From the NCBI GenBank assembly GCA_910579165.1, contig CAJTTF010000002.1:41746-105745 (forward strand): 64,000 nt of DNA, in the 5' to 3' direction. Positions 45,428 to 54,490 of this stretch are shown here, in pieces (within the stretch, counting starts at the first letter, position 1; each line of letters opens with the position of its first letter). The notes beneath the pieces are model-generated. The model had not been told where the DNA came from and did no database searches. It saw only the letters and a program-made list of their open reading frames with translations. Both the position numbers and the translations under genes were made by a program. This DNA comes from an uncultured Atopobiaceae bacterium. GTDB lineage: Bacteria; Actinomycetota; Coriobacteriia; Coriobacteriales; Atopobiaceae.

Positions 45428-46309
45428 TTAGTGGCGCGTAGAAAGTGCAATGTTCTCGAGATACTTACCGTAATCAGTCTTCTTTAGACGATCTGCGCAC
45501 TTCAGGAGATGTGCACGCTTGATCCATCCTGCCTCGTAAGCAATCTCTTCAAGAGCGGCTACTTTAACGCCCGTAGATTGCTGCATGACGCGAATAAACT
45601 CGCCTGCATTGAAGAGCGAATCGACAGTTCCCGTATCAAACCAGGCAAAGGAGAGATCTAGTTGCTCTACCTTGAGTCTTTTTTGCTCGAGATATTGCTG
45701 GCAAATATCGGTAATCTCATACTTGCCCATGGCGCTAGGCTGAAGGTTGCACGCCATCTCTACCACAGAATTATCGAAAAAGTAAAGGCCAGTCACTGCA
45801 TAGTTGCTTTTTGGTACCACGGGTTTTTCCTCAATGGAAATGGCCGTACCCTTGGCATCAAAATCCACGACTCCAAAGCGAGTTGGGTCCTCTACACGGC
45901 AGCCAAATATCGTTGCTGTGCCTTTTGAAGCATTTTCGAGCGCATGTGCAAGATTTTGTTTAAAACCCGAGCCATAAAAGACATTGTCGCCTAATACCAA
46001 AGCAACGGAATCATCGCCGATAAAATCCTTGCCCAACACAATACCTTGCGGTACACCATCCATTGTAGGCTGCGTGACATAGGAAAAATTAACGCCAAAT
46101 TGGTGGCCGTCACCTAGAAGCTCTTTGTATGTGGGCAAATCATGCTCTGTGGTGACCATGAGAATATCGCGAATACCCGCCTCAAAAAGAACGGAGATGG
46201 GATAGTAAATCATGGGCTTATCGTAGATAGGAAGGAGCTGTTTTGAGGTTGCCCAGGTCATCGGCTGGAGACGCGTTCCTCCCCCTGCAGTTAAAACAAT
46301 ACCTTTCAT
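45428..46309 (-). CDS. rfbA: Glucose-1-phosphate thymidylyltransferase
   Basis: MKGIVLTAGGGTRLQPMT...SKQLLPIYDKPMIYYP. Start at 46309 is preceded by GGAG. Confidence 0.9.
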   Translation of the reverse strand: MKGIVLTAGGGTRLQPMTWATSKQLLPIYDKPMIYYPISVLFEAGIRDILMVTTEHDLPTYKELLGDGHQFGVNFSYVTQPTMDGVPQGIVLGKDFIGDDSVALVLGDNVFYGSGFKQNLAHALENASKGTATIFGCRVEDPTRFGVVDFDAKGTAISIEEKPVVPKSNYAVTGLYFFDNSVVEMACNLQPSAMGKYEITDICQQYLEQKRLKVEQLDLSFAWFDTGTVDSLFNAGEFIRVMQQSTGVKVAALEEIAYEAGWIKRAHLLKCADRLKKTDYGKYLENIALSTRH

Positions 46310-46340
46310 CGTATGCTCCAAATTCTTCTTAGCTTTTTTC

Positions 46341-47201
46341 TCATTGTAAAGGAAAAGCGATGGTTTCTGCACACGTTACAACGGCATCGCAAAGACAAGC
46401 CGTTGTGATGGAACCCACACCTCCTGGGACAGGGGTTATCGCCTGAACGTGATCTTGAACATCATCAAAGTTGACATCTCCAACAATCTTCCCTGCTTCG
46501 TTGGATGATGTTCCCACGTCAATGACGGCTGCCTCTCTTTGAAAGTAATCCGAGGTTAGTATGTGCGGTTTTCCCATGCAGCTTACAACGATGTCTGCTT
46601 CACGCGTAAGGTGCTTTAACTTCAAGGTTTTACTGTGGGCAATTGATACCGTTGCGTTGCGATTTATTAACAAATAAGCAAGAGGTTTGGAAACTGTCAG
46701 CGAACGACCAATAATAACAACGCGAGCGCCGCTGAGCTCAAATTGATAGTAGTCCAGAAGACGGACAACGGCTTGCGCAGTACACGCTACATTGGCCCCT
46801 GCTTTTCCTCGCATAAGCCGAGCGAGAGAAATATCACACATTCCATCCACATCTTTCGAGGGATCAATCGCGTTTTCTACAGTTTCCACTGAAAGGTGTT
46901 GCGGTAGTGGCCGGAGAAGGAGTATTCCATGGGTGGTTGGATCATCGGAGCAGTCTTTAAGCATGTCTATAAGTTCTTCTTGAGGGATGTCGCGGCGCAT
47001 ATGAATGCTTGTAACAGCGCCCCCAATGCTCTCCATCTTCCTGATGATAGCTCGCTCATAAAAACAGTCTCCAGCCTCTTCGCCTAGGCGGATAAGAGCA
47101 AGCCTTGGAACAATCGCTCTATCCTCAAGCGCTTGCGCACGAACACGAGCGACTGTAAGCAGCGCGTCTGCAACCGGTTTTCCTTTTAATACCAAGGTCA
47201 T
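46341..47201 (-). CDS. folD: Bifunctional methylenetetrahydrofolate dehydrogenase/methenyltetrahydrofolate cyclohydrolase
   Basis: A DVDG block, VVIIGRS..V.KPLA.LL and ITPVPGGVG. Confidence 0.95.
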   Translation of the reverse strand: MTLVLKGKPVADALLTVARVRAQALEDRAIVPRLALIRLGEEAGDCFYERAIIRKMESIGGAVTSIHMRRDIPQEELIDMLKDCSDDPTTHGILLLRPLPQHLSVETVENAIDPSKDVDGMCDISLARLMRGKAGANVACTAQAVVRLLDYYQFELSGARVVIIGRSLTVSKPLAYLLINRNATVSIAHSKTLKLKHLTREADIVVSCMGKPHILTSDYFQREAAVIDVGTSSNEAGKIVGDVNFDDVQDHVQAITPVPGGVGSITTACLCDAVVTCAETIAFPLQ

Positions 47202-47234
47202 TGTTCGTCCTGAATAAGCGGTTCACTAAGCATT

Positions 47235-47879
47235 CTAAGATGTGCTAATCGCATGGTAAATGTCTTGCGAAAGACTGTCCGATGACTGAGCAAGCACATG
47301 CGCTTTTTCTTCGAGAGCAGCTGCTTTCTGTGCATCACTAAGATACATCGTGTTGGCGCGCACCATGGCTTCACCACCACGCGCTGCAGCCTTAAGAGCA
47401 AGCGATGCCACAATAAGATCTGTTTTTGTCATGGATGACGCATATTCTGCAAGCTCCGCAACAGAGGCAAGGGCTTCATGTGTGTTATGGAGAACCTCAA
47501 AGGGCGGAATTGTTGCAAGTACGAGATGCTTCTGAAGGAGCGCATGACGACTCTCCACCTCCTCGGAGGTATCGCGTGGCATTTTGAAAACCGCAGATAA
47601 CTCGGTGTAAGCATGAGCATCGTCAGCAACGTAGCTCAGAAATTGTTTTTGAAGCGTCAGGAACTGCTCGCGCAAACGCGAGAGCGCTGCGACGCAAGCC
47701 TCGTCTTTCCGGCAAGTAGTATTTTGGAGGCTCAGACCGGCAACCATAGCAGATTGTGCGCACGCAATGGCACCAATCACTGCAGCACTTGCGCCTCCTC
47801 CCGGAGCAGGAGTATCAGAGGCGAGATCAGCCAAAAAAGTACTTACTCCCGAAAGATTCATGTCATTATATACACTCAT
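47235..47879 (-). CDS. Cyclodeaminase/cyclohydrolase family protein (FTCD C-terminal domain-like)
   Basis: SDTPAPGGGASAAVIGAIACAQSAMV motif. All-helical, 214 aa, adjacent to folD. Confidence 0.8.
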   Translation of the reverse strand: MSVYNDMNLSGVSTFLADLASDTPAPGGGASAAVIGAIACAQSAMVAGLSLQNTTCRKDEACVAALSRLREQFLTLQKQFLSYVADDAHAYTELSAVFKMPRDTSEEVESRHALLQKHLVLATIPPFEVLHNTHEALASVAELAEYASSMTKTDLIVASLALKAAARGGEAMVRANTMYLSDAQKAAALEEKAHVLAQSSDSLSQDIYHAISTS

Positions 47880-47895
47880 TGCAGTGGAAAAACTC

Positions 47896-49389
47896 CTATA
47901 TCATCTCTGGCTTAAATGCCTGACAAGCAGCAACGGCGTTTAACCAATCTGCGTAGCGCTTGTCCAGCTCACTCTTATCGCGCTGAGGATTAAAGACACG
48001 GTCTGATTCTATACGCAACTCATCTGACTTCCAATAGCCTACGGCCAGCCCCGCAAGAAACGCGGCTCCCAACGCTGTGAGTTCATTAATTTTAAAGCGT
48101 TCAACCGGAACCTGAAGAAGGTCTGATTGAAATTGCAGAAGAAAATTATTAACCGCGGCTCCTCCGTCAACTTTAAGACGCGTGATGGGGTAGCCAGAAT
48201 CTCTAACCATGGCGTCCATGACGTCGCGTGCTTGATAAGCCATGGATTCAAGGGCGGCTCGCACTAGCTGGTTCTTATCAGTTCCAAGCGTCAAGCCAGA
48301 GATAGAGGCCTTCGCGCGTTCATCCCAAAAAGGCGCTCCAAGACCTACAAAAGCGGGAATAATGTAAACGCCGCCCGTGGTTTTAGCTTGCTCAGCCATC
48401 ATACATGACTCGGAAACGTTGTCAAAGAGGTGCAATTGATCGCGCATCCATTTCATAATAGAACCTGAGACAAAGATAGAGCCCTCAAGCGCATAGGTAA
48501 TAGTGTCCCCAATCTTCCAGGCAATGGTAGAGAGAAGACCGGAGCTACTCCTCACAATATTCTCTCCTGTATTCATAAGAAGAAAACCGCCTGTGCCGTA
48601 CGTATTTTTGGCCTGTCCTGCATCAAGACAAAGTTGACCAAAAAGCGCAGCCTGCTGGTCACCAACGATACTTGCAATAGGAATTTCTTCTTGAAAGAAA
48701 ACGTAGGGCGAGGTCTTGCCAATATTTTCAGAAGTCCCAACAATGTTGGGGAGAATGGCGTTAGGAATGTCAAAATCATCTAAAAGACGCTCGTCCCAGA
48801 CTAGGTTTTCAATGTCGCACAAAAGCGTACGTGAGGCGTTGGAAGCATCGGTCACGTGCGAATATCCTCCCGTGAGCTTCCAAACAAGCCATGTATCCAT
48901 AGTCCCAAAAAGGATTTCTCCCTCTTCGGCAAGCGCGCGAACTTCGGGATTATTTCGCAGAATGAAGGCAATCTTTGATGCCGAGAAGTACGGGTCAATA
49001 CGCAATCCGGTCTTTGTGCGCACATAAGGTTCAAGCCCACGTTCCTTCCATTCATCGCAGATATCGGCCGTTTGTCGAGACTGCCAGACAATAGCTTTGT
49101 CAACAGGAAGACCGGTCTTACGATCCCAAAGCACCGTTGTCTCGCGCTGGTTGGATATGCCTATGCCTGCAATTTGATTGGGCTTTACTCCTGACTTATC
49201 AAGAACATCTGAGATTGCCGTCATCGTATCGTTCCAGATGAGGTTGGCATCTTGAACCACCCAGCCAGGATGGGGATATTCGACACTTCCCTCTTTTTGT
49301 GCAATGGCAACAATTTCTTGGGCCTTATTGAAGAGAATAGCACGCGTAGACGTCGTTCCATGATCTATGGCAAGTATGTAAGATTCCAT
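47896..49389 (-). CDS. glpK: Glycerol kinase
   Basis: YILAIDHGTTSTRA, GISNQRETTV.WD and NTYGTGGFLLMNTG. Confidence 0.95.
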   Translation of the reverse strand: MESYILAIDHGTTSTRAILFNKAQEIVAIAQKEGSVEYPHPGWVVQDANLIWNDTMTAISDVLDKSGVKPNQIAGIGISNQRETTVLWDRKTGLPVDKAIVWQSRQTADICDEWKERGLEPYVRTKTGLRIDPYFSASKIAFILRNNPEVRALAEEGEILFGTMDTWLVWKLTGGYSHVTDASNASRTLLCDIENLVWDERLLDDFDIPNAILPNIVGTSENIGKTSPYVFFQEEIPIASIVGDQQAALFGQLCLDAGQAKNTYGTGGFLLMNTGENIVRSSSGLLSTIAWKIGDTITYALEGSIFVSGSIMKWMRDQLHLFDNVSESCMMAEQAKTTGGVYIIPAFVGLGAPFWDERAKASISGLTLGTDKNQLVRAALESMAYQARDVMDAMVRDSGYPITRLKVDGGAAVNNFLLQFQSDLLQVPVERFKINELTALGAAFLAGLAVGYWKSDELRIESDRVFNPQRDKSELDKRYADWLNAVAACQAFKPEMI

Positions 49390-49424
49390 ACGTAGAACCC
49401 TCCTTCAACGGCTTCAGGAAGTCT

Positions 49425-49796
49425 TTAGACGGCCTCTATATCAGCAGTAGAGACGAAATCAACTCCCGTATTGGCTATGTCTTTCACGAGAACATCGCCT
49501 ATGTGCACAGGTGCCATAATCTCCACGTGAGCAAGAGCGTCAATGATCGCAAAAATCGCGTCTTTGGGAATATCTTCTCTTGTTTTACCTGAAACAACGG
49601 AGCGAAGACCATTCTTGACGCGCACCGTTGATGTTACGACGCGGGTAGGATTGGTGACTTCTTTTTTGCCGTATGCTTCGCCTCGAGGGCACGTGTTCCC
49701 TGCAACAGAAATTGCCTCGCCGTCCTCAAGAGTCACTTCAAGAGCGCAGCCAAGAGGACAATTAATGCAGGTAAGGTGCTCGGTTTTTTGGGACAT
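49425..49796 (-). CDS. DUF1667-like small Cys-rich protein, third component of a glycerol-3-phosphate-oxidising flavoprotein set
   Basis: LTCINCPLGCALEV...CPRGEAYG pattern. It sits immediately after two FAD oxidoreductase genes. Confidence 0.7.
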   Translation of the reverse strand: MSQKTEHLTCINCPLGCALEVTLEDGEAISVAGNTCPRGEAYGKKEVTNPTRVVTSTVRVKNGLRSVVSGKTREDIPKDAIFAIIDALAHVEIMAPVHIGDVLVKDIANTGVDFVSTADIEAV

Positions 49797-49798
49797 TC

Positions 49799-51298
49799 CT
49801 ACGCTCCTTCTACAATAGATATCTCAAGAATATTTTCAAGATGACCAGTCTCCCTACTTCTCTTAAGCGCTGAAAGGAGATTCTCACATTTGAGAATCAC
49901 TTGCTCCATTTCGCCAGGTGCCATAACGGGTCGCTTTTTTGTTTGAAGCTCATTCCCGTTGAGAGTGACCTGAATAGCAGCCTTCGAGAAGACCGCCCGA
50001 ACCCTAAAGCGAATCGTGGTAGTCTCCTCTAGATGTTCGAGACGAAGAATTGAAGGGACAGTATAAGAAACACCATTGCCAGCAATGACATGCACTATGG
50101 CTTTGGAGTCCTCTGTGGCACAGGAATCTTGACTCTTTGCAGTGCGTTCTTGTAAGTACTGTGCAGCACATGCTCCAGCTAGCGTCGCTTCCTGGCTCAC
50201 GTAATCAACGAGATCGTGTACATGCAAAACGTTTCCACAGGCAAAAATGCCAGGAATTGAAGTTTGGAGGCTATTATCGACAAGAGCGCCCTTTGTTGTC
50301 GGCGAAAGCTCAATCCCGGCTTTTGCTGAGAGCTCGTTTTCAGGAAGGAGTCCGCATGATAAAAGAAGCGTATCAACTTCAAATTCTTTCTCGGTACCTA
50401 AAATAGGTTTCATATTTTCGTCTACCTGGGCAATCGTCACGCTCTCAACACGCTCTTTCCCCTTAATATCCACTACGGTGTGCGACAAGAAAAGGGGAAT
50501 ACCAAAATCATCAAGGCACTGCACAATATTGCGTTTTAGCCCTCCCGAAAAAGGCATCAACTCGGCTACGCCCAGAACCTTGGCACCTTCCAAAACCATA
50601 CGTCGAGCCATGATGAGACCAATATCGCCAGACCCTAGAATAAAAACGCGGCTTCCCGGCATCTCGCCCTCAAGGTTTACGAAACGTTGCGCTGTTCCTG
50701 CCGAGAAGATCCCCGCTCCCCTGTTTCCTGGAATATTAAGTGCACCGCGAGGACGCTCTCTGCAGCCCATAGCCAGGATGATCGCTTGTGCAAAAATACG
50801 CTTTAGCCCTTGGTCTTTACTAATAGTTGTCACCAAGCAACCCGCCGAAACCCCGTCAATAGAAACAGGAGTTATGTCCAGCGTCATTGTGTTGAGCTCA
50901 TAGTCAATATTGCGCTCCTTAACCATATCTTCGTAACGCTTCGCATACTCAGGTCCTGTAAGCTCTTCTTTGAACGTATGGAGCCCAAAACCATTATGAA
51001 TGCACTGATTTAATATGCCCCCAAGAACGGCATCACGCTCAATAATGAGAATATCTGTAACACCGGCATCGCAAGCAGAGACAGCAGCCGCAAGACCAGC
51101 GGGACCTCCCCCAACGATTAGAAGTTCACACGAAGGAAATGCCTGAACTTCTTCAGCAGTCATTTCATGAGACGCTTTGCTTTCCGTCTTTACTCTTAGC
51201 TTGCCCCGCTGAGAGCTTTCTATTTGCTCTTCCATATTGTTCGGCACCTCGTCATCCGCACGTTTTGAAGATTGTTTTTGCATAACGCTTCCTGCCAT
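49799..51298 (-). CDS. NAD(P)/FAD-dependent pyridine nucleotide-disulfide-type oxidoreductase
   Basis: Two dinucleotide-binding motifs (LLIVGGGPAGLAAA and VFILGSGDIGL). TAATG start/stop overlap with the upstream gene. Confidence 0.8.
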   Translation of the reverse strand: MAGSVMQKQSSKRADDEVPNNMEEQIESSQRGKLRVKTESKASHEMTAEEVQAFPSCELLIVGGGPAGLAAAVSACDAGVTDILIIERDAVLGGILNQCIHNGFGLHTFKEELTGPEYAKRYEDMVKERNIDYELNTMTLDITPVSIDGVSAGCLVTTISKDQGLKRIFAQAIILAMGCRERPRGALNIPGNRGAGIFSAGTAQRFVNLEGEMPGSRVFILGSGDIGLIMARRMVLEGAKVLGVAELMPFSGGLKRNIVQCLDDFGIPLFLSHTVVDIKGKERVESVTIAQVDENMKPILGTEKEFEVDTLLLSCGLLPENELSAKAGIELSPTTKGALVDNSLQTSIPGIFACGNVLHVHDLVDYVSQEATLAGACAAQYLQERTAKSQDSCATEDSKAIVHVIAGNGVSYTVPSILRLEHLEETTTIRFRVRAVFSKAAIQVTLNGNELQTKKRPVMAPGEMEQVILKCENLLSALKRSRETGHLENILEISIVEGA

Positions 51299-52893
51299 TA
51301 CTTGCCTTCTTTTGTCTTGTGAAAAAGTACGCGTGAGGATGGTCCAGATTTCTTGACATCTTCTAAGGGGATATCGTTCTCACGCGCAAGAATCTCCATA
51401 ACGCGTGGCATACAGAAGCCCGCCTGACAGCGACCCATGCCCGCCCTAACGCGTCTCTTTATTCCATCAAGGGTAGTTACGGGAATGGAGCGATGACACG
51501 CGGCTACAATTTCAGCTTCTGTTACTGTTTCACACCGGCAGATGATTTGTCCGTAAAGAGGGTTCTCATCAACAAGGGATCCCTGTTCATTAGGGGTTTT
51601 ATCGGCAAAACGCACAATACCTTGCCGCGTTGGATGAAAGCTCTTCTTACGTTCAAGATTTAGATAGTCTCCTACCTCTGTGGCAAGTGATAAGGCAATA
51701 GCTGGAGCAGATGTAAGACCAGGCGACTCAATGCCAGCGGCCTCAAAATAGCCGTTGCACATCATGCCTACGAGAAACTCGTGCTCAACCTCATGGGCAC
51801 GCAGTCCCGCAAACGAGGTAATGACCGAGGACAGAGAAATCTCAGGAAAACTCTTATGTGCCTTTCCAATGACATCTGCGATTTCTTCTGCCGAGGTTTC
51901 GGTTCCCTCTGGGTTGTCAATGTCAACAGCTGTGGGACCAATGAGCGTGTTTCCATGTGCTGTTGGAGTTACGAGAATTCCCTTTCCCAGCTTTGTGGGT
52001 AGTTGGAAGAGCGTGTGAATAGGTTTTGGTTGCGCGTTCATATCGAGAAGGAGATAAGAACCGCGGCGCACCACGATCTCTATGTCGCGATTGAACGCAG
52101 GGGCAACCGTGATCTCAAAAGACGTTGTATCGTTATGCGCTTTCACCTTTTCTAGAATTGCGTTATGGAATACTCCCGAGAAAACCCCAGCAGCATTAAT
52201 TACTGTTTTGGCCCTGATCGATTTCTCTTTGGTATCTGGATTCGTGGTATCGACATAAGTAACGGTGTAGAGCGCAAGAGAATCTTGCAGACTTTTCTGA
52301 GGCAGCTCTACGTCAACCACTTGAGAATTGAGTCTGAACTCTACGCCGTTGTCGGCAGCGTTTTCTGCAAAAGCAACGGTTAAGAGAAATGGATCAACGA
52401 TTCCTGCGCTGGGCGCCCAAAGCGCTGCAATAGCTTGCGGAGAAACATGTGGTTCAAGCTCACGGAGACGCTCTGCATCTAGTATCTCAAGTCCGTCAAC
52501 TCCGTTTTTTACCCCTTGTTCTTTTGGTTTCTGAAGAGCAGGAATGTTTTCCTCATCAAAACAGAGAACTAACGAACCATTATTAACGTAGGGGACATCA
52601 AGATCTTTGCAGACCGTCGGCATTAAACGCGCGCCCTCAACGTTATAGCGCGCCATAAGCGTTCCAGGATGGGCATCAAACCCTGCGTGCACAATGCCGG
52701 AATTGGCCTTGCTCGTTCCTGTGCAAACGTCCTCACCTTTCTCCAGGACAACGACGGATGCATGATAACGCGATAATTCGCGTGCAATAGAAGCTCCAAC
52801 CACGCCCGCGCCAATAATGCAGACGTCATATATGTTGGAAGCCTGAGAGGCAAGAACTGAATCGCATGAAGACTGTTGGGACATGACAAGCAC
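51298..52893 (-). CDS. FAD-dependent oxidoreductase (glycerol-3-phosphate dehydrogenase-like, DAO family) with a BFD-like [2Fe-2S] domain
   Basis: VCIIGAGVVGASIA FAD motif and C-terminal ICRCETVTEAEI...CQAGFC cysteines. Confidence 0.8.
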   Translation of the reverse strand: MLVMSQQSSCDSVLASQASNIYDVCIIGAGVVGASIARELSRYHASVVVLEKGEDVCTGTSKANSGIVHAGFDAHPGTLMARYNVEGARLMPTVCKDLDVPYVNNGSLVLCFDEENIPALQKPKEQGVKNGVDGLEILDAERLRELEPHVSPQAIAALWAPSAGIVDPFLLTVAFAENAADNGVEFRLNSQVVDVELPQKSLQDSLALYTVTYVDTTNPDTKEKSIRAKTVINAAGVFSGVFHNAILEKVKAHNDTTSFEITVAPAFNRDIEIVVRRGSYLLLDMNAQPKPIHTLFQLPTKLGKGILVTPTAHGNTLIGPTAVDIDNPEGTETSAEEIADVIGKAHKSFPEISLSSVITSFAGLRAHEVEHEFLVGMMCNGYFEAAGIESPGLTSAPAIALSLATEVGDYLNLERKKSFHPTRQGIVRFADKTPNEQGSLVDENPLYGQIICRCETVTEAEIVAACHRSIPVTTLDGIKRRVRAGMGRCQAGFCMPRVMEILARENDIPLEDVKKSGPSSRVLFHKTKEGK

Positions 52894-53072
52894 CTTTTCT
52901 GAGCCTTATTAACCCCTGTAACTTGCACCATTCTAAAACAATGTAAGCAAATTACGAGCAGAATCACCTTCAAATTCCATGCCTGTTATCGCAATGGAAA
53001 TAGAGGTAAAACAGCGTGGCTCAATTTCTCGATTCGGTTCCCTAGCAGGAGGCGAGACAGTCAAATCTAGTA

Positions 53073-53172
53073 ATTTACCAGCAAGAAGGATGGTGGGAGT
53101 TAGAAGATTTGGCACGACATTCAAACACAGCTATTTACCAGGCAAAAAAGATGGTGGGCGTTAGAAGATTTG
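53073..53172. repeat. Direct repeat (about 39 nt, period 60-61 nt) duplicating the 3'-terminal 21 nt of tRNA-Val plus about 18 nt of its downstream flank
   Basis: Copy A, 53073..53111: ATTTACCAGCAAGAAGGATGGTGGGAGTTAGAAGATTTG. Copy B, 53133..53172: ATTTACCAGGCAAAAAAGATGGTGGGCGTTAGAAGATTTG. Copy B continues into the intact tRNA. Confidence 0.75.
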
Positions 53173-53228
53173 AACTTCTGACCTCTTCCGTGTCAGGGAA
53201 GCGCTCTCCCCCTGAGCTAAACGCCCAC
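53152..53228 (-). tRNA. tRNA-Val(GAC)
   Basis: The reverse complement GTGGGCGTTTAGCTCAGGGGGAGAGCGCTTCCCTGACACGGAAG...AACGCCCACCA has anticodon GAC and an encoded CCA. Confidence 0.9.
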
Positions 53229-53361
53229 ATACAATAAGGCAGAATCAAACGATGCAACTTGCGATGAGCCTAGAAGCCATTCTGATTCAATGCTCATGAA
53301 GCAGATTCTGCGAGAAAAGAGTATAGGCGACTGAACGTTTGGGCGCAAGGGAAAAATTCAT

Positions 53362-53390
53362 TTGCGTAATTTCATTCCCTGTGCTTTAAT
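53362..53390 (+). promoter_or_regulatory. Candidate promoter for tRNA-Gly/tRNA-Cys (-35 TTGCGT, 17 nt spacer, extended -10 TGcTTTAAT)
   Basis: Hexamers at 53362..53367 and 53385..53390. The tRNA 5' end is at 53404. Confidence 0.45.
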
Positions 53391-53403
53391 ATAAAGCCGC
53401 AAA

Positions 53404-53479
53404 GCGGACATGGCTCAGTTGGTAGAGCATCACCTTGCCAAGGTGAGGGTCGCGGGTTCGAGCCCCGTTGTCCGCTCCA
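53404..53479 (+). tRNA. tRNA-Gly(GCC)
   Basis: GCGGACATGGCTCAGTTGGTAGAGCATCACCTTGCCAAGGTGAGGGTCGCGGGTTCGAGCCCCGTTGTCCGCTCCA has anticodon GCC. Confidence 0.9.
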
Positions 53480-53489
53480 GATTAATCAG

Positions 53490-53518
53490 GGCCGATCTTT
53501 TGCATCGGCCTTCTTTTC
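53490..53518 (+). terminator. Hairpin plus T-tract between tRNA-Gly and tRNA-Cys (terminator-like or processing element)
   Basis: GGCCGAT-CTTTTGC-ATCGGCC is followed by TTCTTTTC, 10 nt before tRNA-Cys. Confidence 0.4.
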
Positions 53519-53528
53519 AAGGGTGTTC

Positions 53529-53602
53529 GGCGACGTGGCCAAGTGGTAAGGCAGAAGCCTGCAAAGCTTTTATCCCCAGTTCGAATCTGGGCGTCGCCTC
53601 CA
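53529..53602 (+). tRNA. tRNA-Cys(GCA)
   Basis: GGCGACGTGGCCAAGTGGTAAGGCAGAAGCCTGCAAAGCTTTTATCCCCAGTTCGAATCTGGGCGTCGCCTCCA has anticodon GCA. Confidence 0.9.
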
Positions 53603-53608
53603 TCTATT

Positions 53609-54337
53609 TCAGCCAGTGTTAAAAAGCTTGACCATTTTTACAATGGTACCCGGACCATTAATCTTCTTCTTGATTCTCACGTTATCAACAAGCATCCGCA
53701 TTATCCTAATACCGCGTCCGTGATCAAGCGTCTGAGGAGGCAGCTCGTCTTGGCCAATCTCATAGCCAGGTCCATCATCAACGACTTCGATGTTGATACG
53801 ATCATCAAAGACCTCAATCGTTACAAAACCGATTTTACTGGGGGTGTGAAGAACGACATTCCCGCACGCCTCCCCCGTAGCAAGTGTTAGATCAAAGACC
53901 TCGTCCGTACTCAAAGGAAGTTGTTGGAAAAAGGAGCGAAGTTCTTCTCGGGCGAACTCTAAAGAGCGTTCGTCAATTCTGAGGGCATAGCGATTGCGTG
54001 GAAGTGTTCCTTTGGGAAGCGGCTTAATCTCAATTCGGGACTTTTTAGGGATGGTGGGGATTATATCAAGAAGGCGCCCCAGGCGTAGTTTTTTTAAGAT
54101 AGGCTCTGAAACGTTACAGAAGGTAAGCGTACCGCCTGTACACTGCATGTCTTTAAACTTATTAATAATGACCGCGAGCCCCGAGGAGTCTAGATAGGTT
54201 ACCTGATCAAAATCGAGAATGACTCGTTTGACGCCGCCTCTTTGCATCGCATCGAGGTGTGCTTTTAGAGCGGGTGCCGTTGCGAAGTCAATGGAGCTTC
54301 GCAAAGGAACAAGCATGCAATCAGTGATTATGAGCAT
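53609..54337 (-). CDS. Fused STAS (anti-sigma-factor antagonist, SpoIIAA/RsbV-like) and HATPase_c (anti-sigma serine kinase, SpoIIAB/RsbW-like) protein
   Basis: The N-terminal STAS has the phospho-acceptor motif YLDSSGLAVI. The C-terminal part has the N-box GEACGNVVLH, G1 VVDDGPGY and G2 HGRGIRIM. 242 aa in one frame. Confidence 0.8.
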   Translation of the reverse strand: MLIITDCMLVPLRSSIDFATAPALKAHLDAMQRGGVKRVILDFDQVTYLDSSGLAVIINKFKDMQCTGGTLTFCNVSEPILKKLRLGRLLDIIPTIPKKSRIEIKPLPKGTLPRNRYALRIDERSLEFAREELRSFFQQLPLSTDEVFDLTLATGEACGNVVLHTPSKIGFVTIEVFDDRINIEVVDDGPGYEIGQDELPPQTLDHGRGIRIMRMLVDNVRIKKKINGPGTIVKMVKLFNTG

Positions 54338-54490
54338 AGAAAACCTTCTATTTGCACCTGCACAGCAAAAACACCCTACCCAAAATTCCAGTCGCTTAAA
54401 CGCTATGAAGTCGTCTTCCTCAAAATCCTACGTGGCGTACGCATCAGTACGCTCTTGACTAGCATCGCGGTCTGATGCCTTCACAAAACC

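Noticed and set aside
50247-50903. 218-aa plus-strand ORF inside the oxidoreductase gene
   Set aside because: It is antisense to a CDS with clear FAD/NAD motifs. The Ser/Pro/Arg-rich composition is typical of shadow frames. The same reasoning applies to 62438..63094 (antisense to oppC), 13235..13906 (antisense to ispG/rseP) and 19916..20431 (antisense to tsf).
52933-53164. Two overlapping 61-63-aa ORFs in the glp upstream region
   Set aside because: They overlap the tRNA-Val gene and its duplicated fragment. They have no SD or motifs, and the region is better explained as regulatory or repeat DNA.
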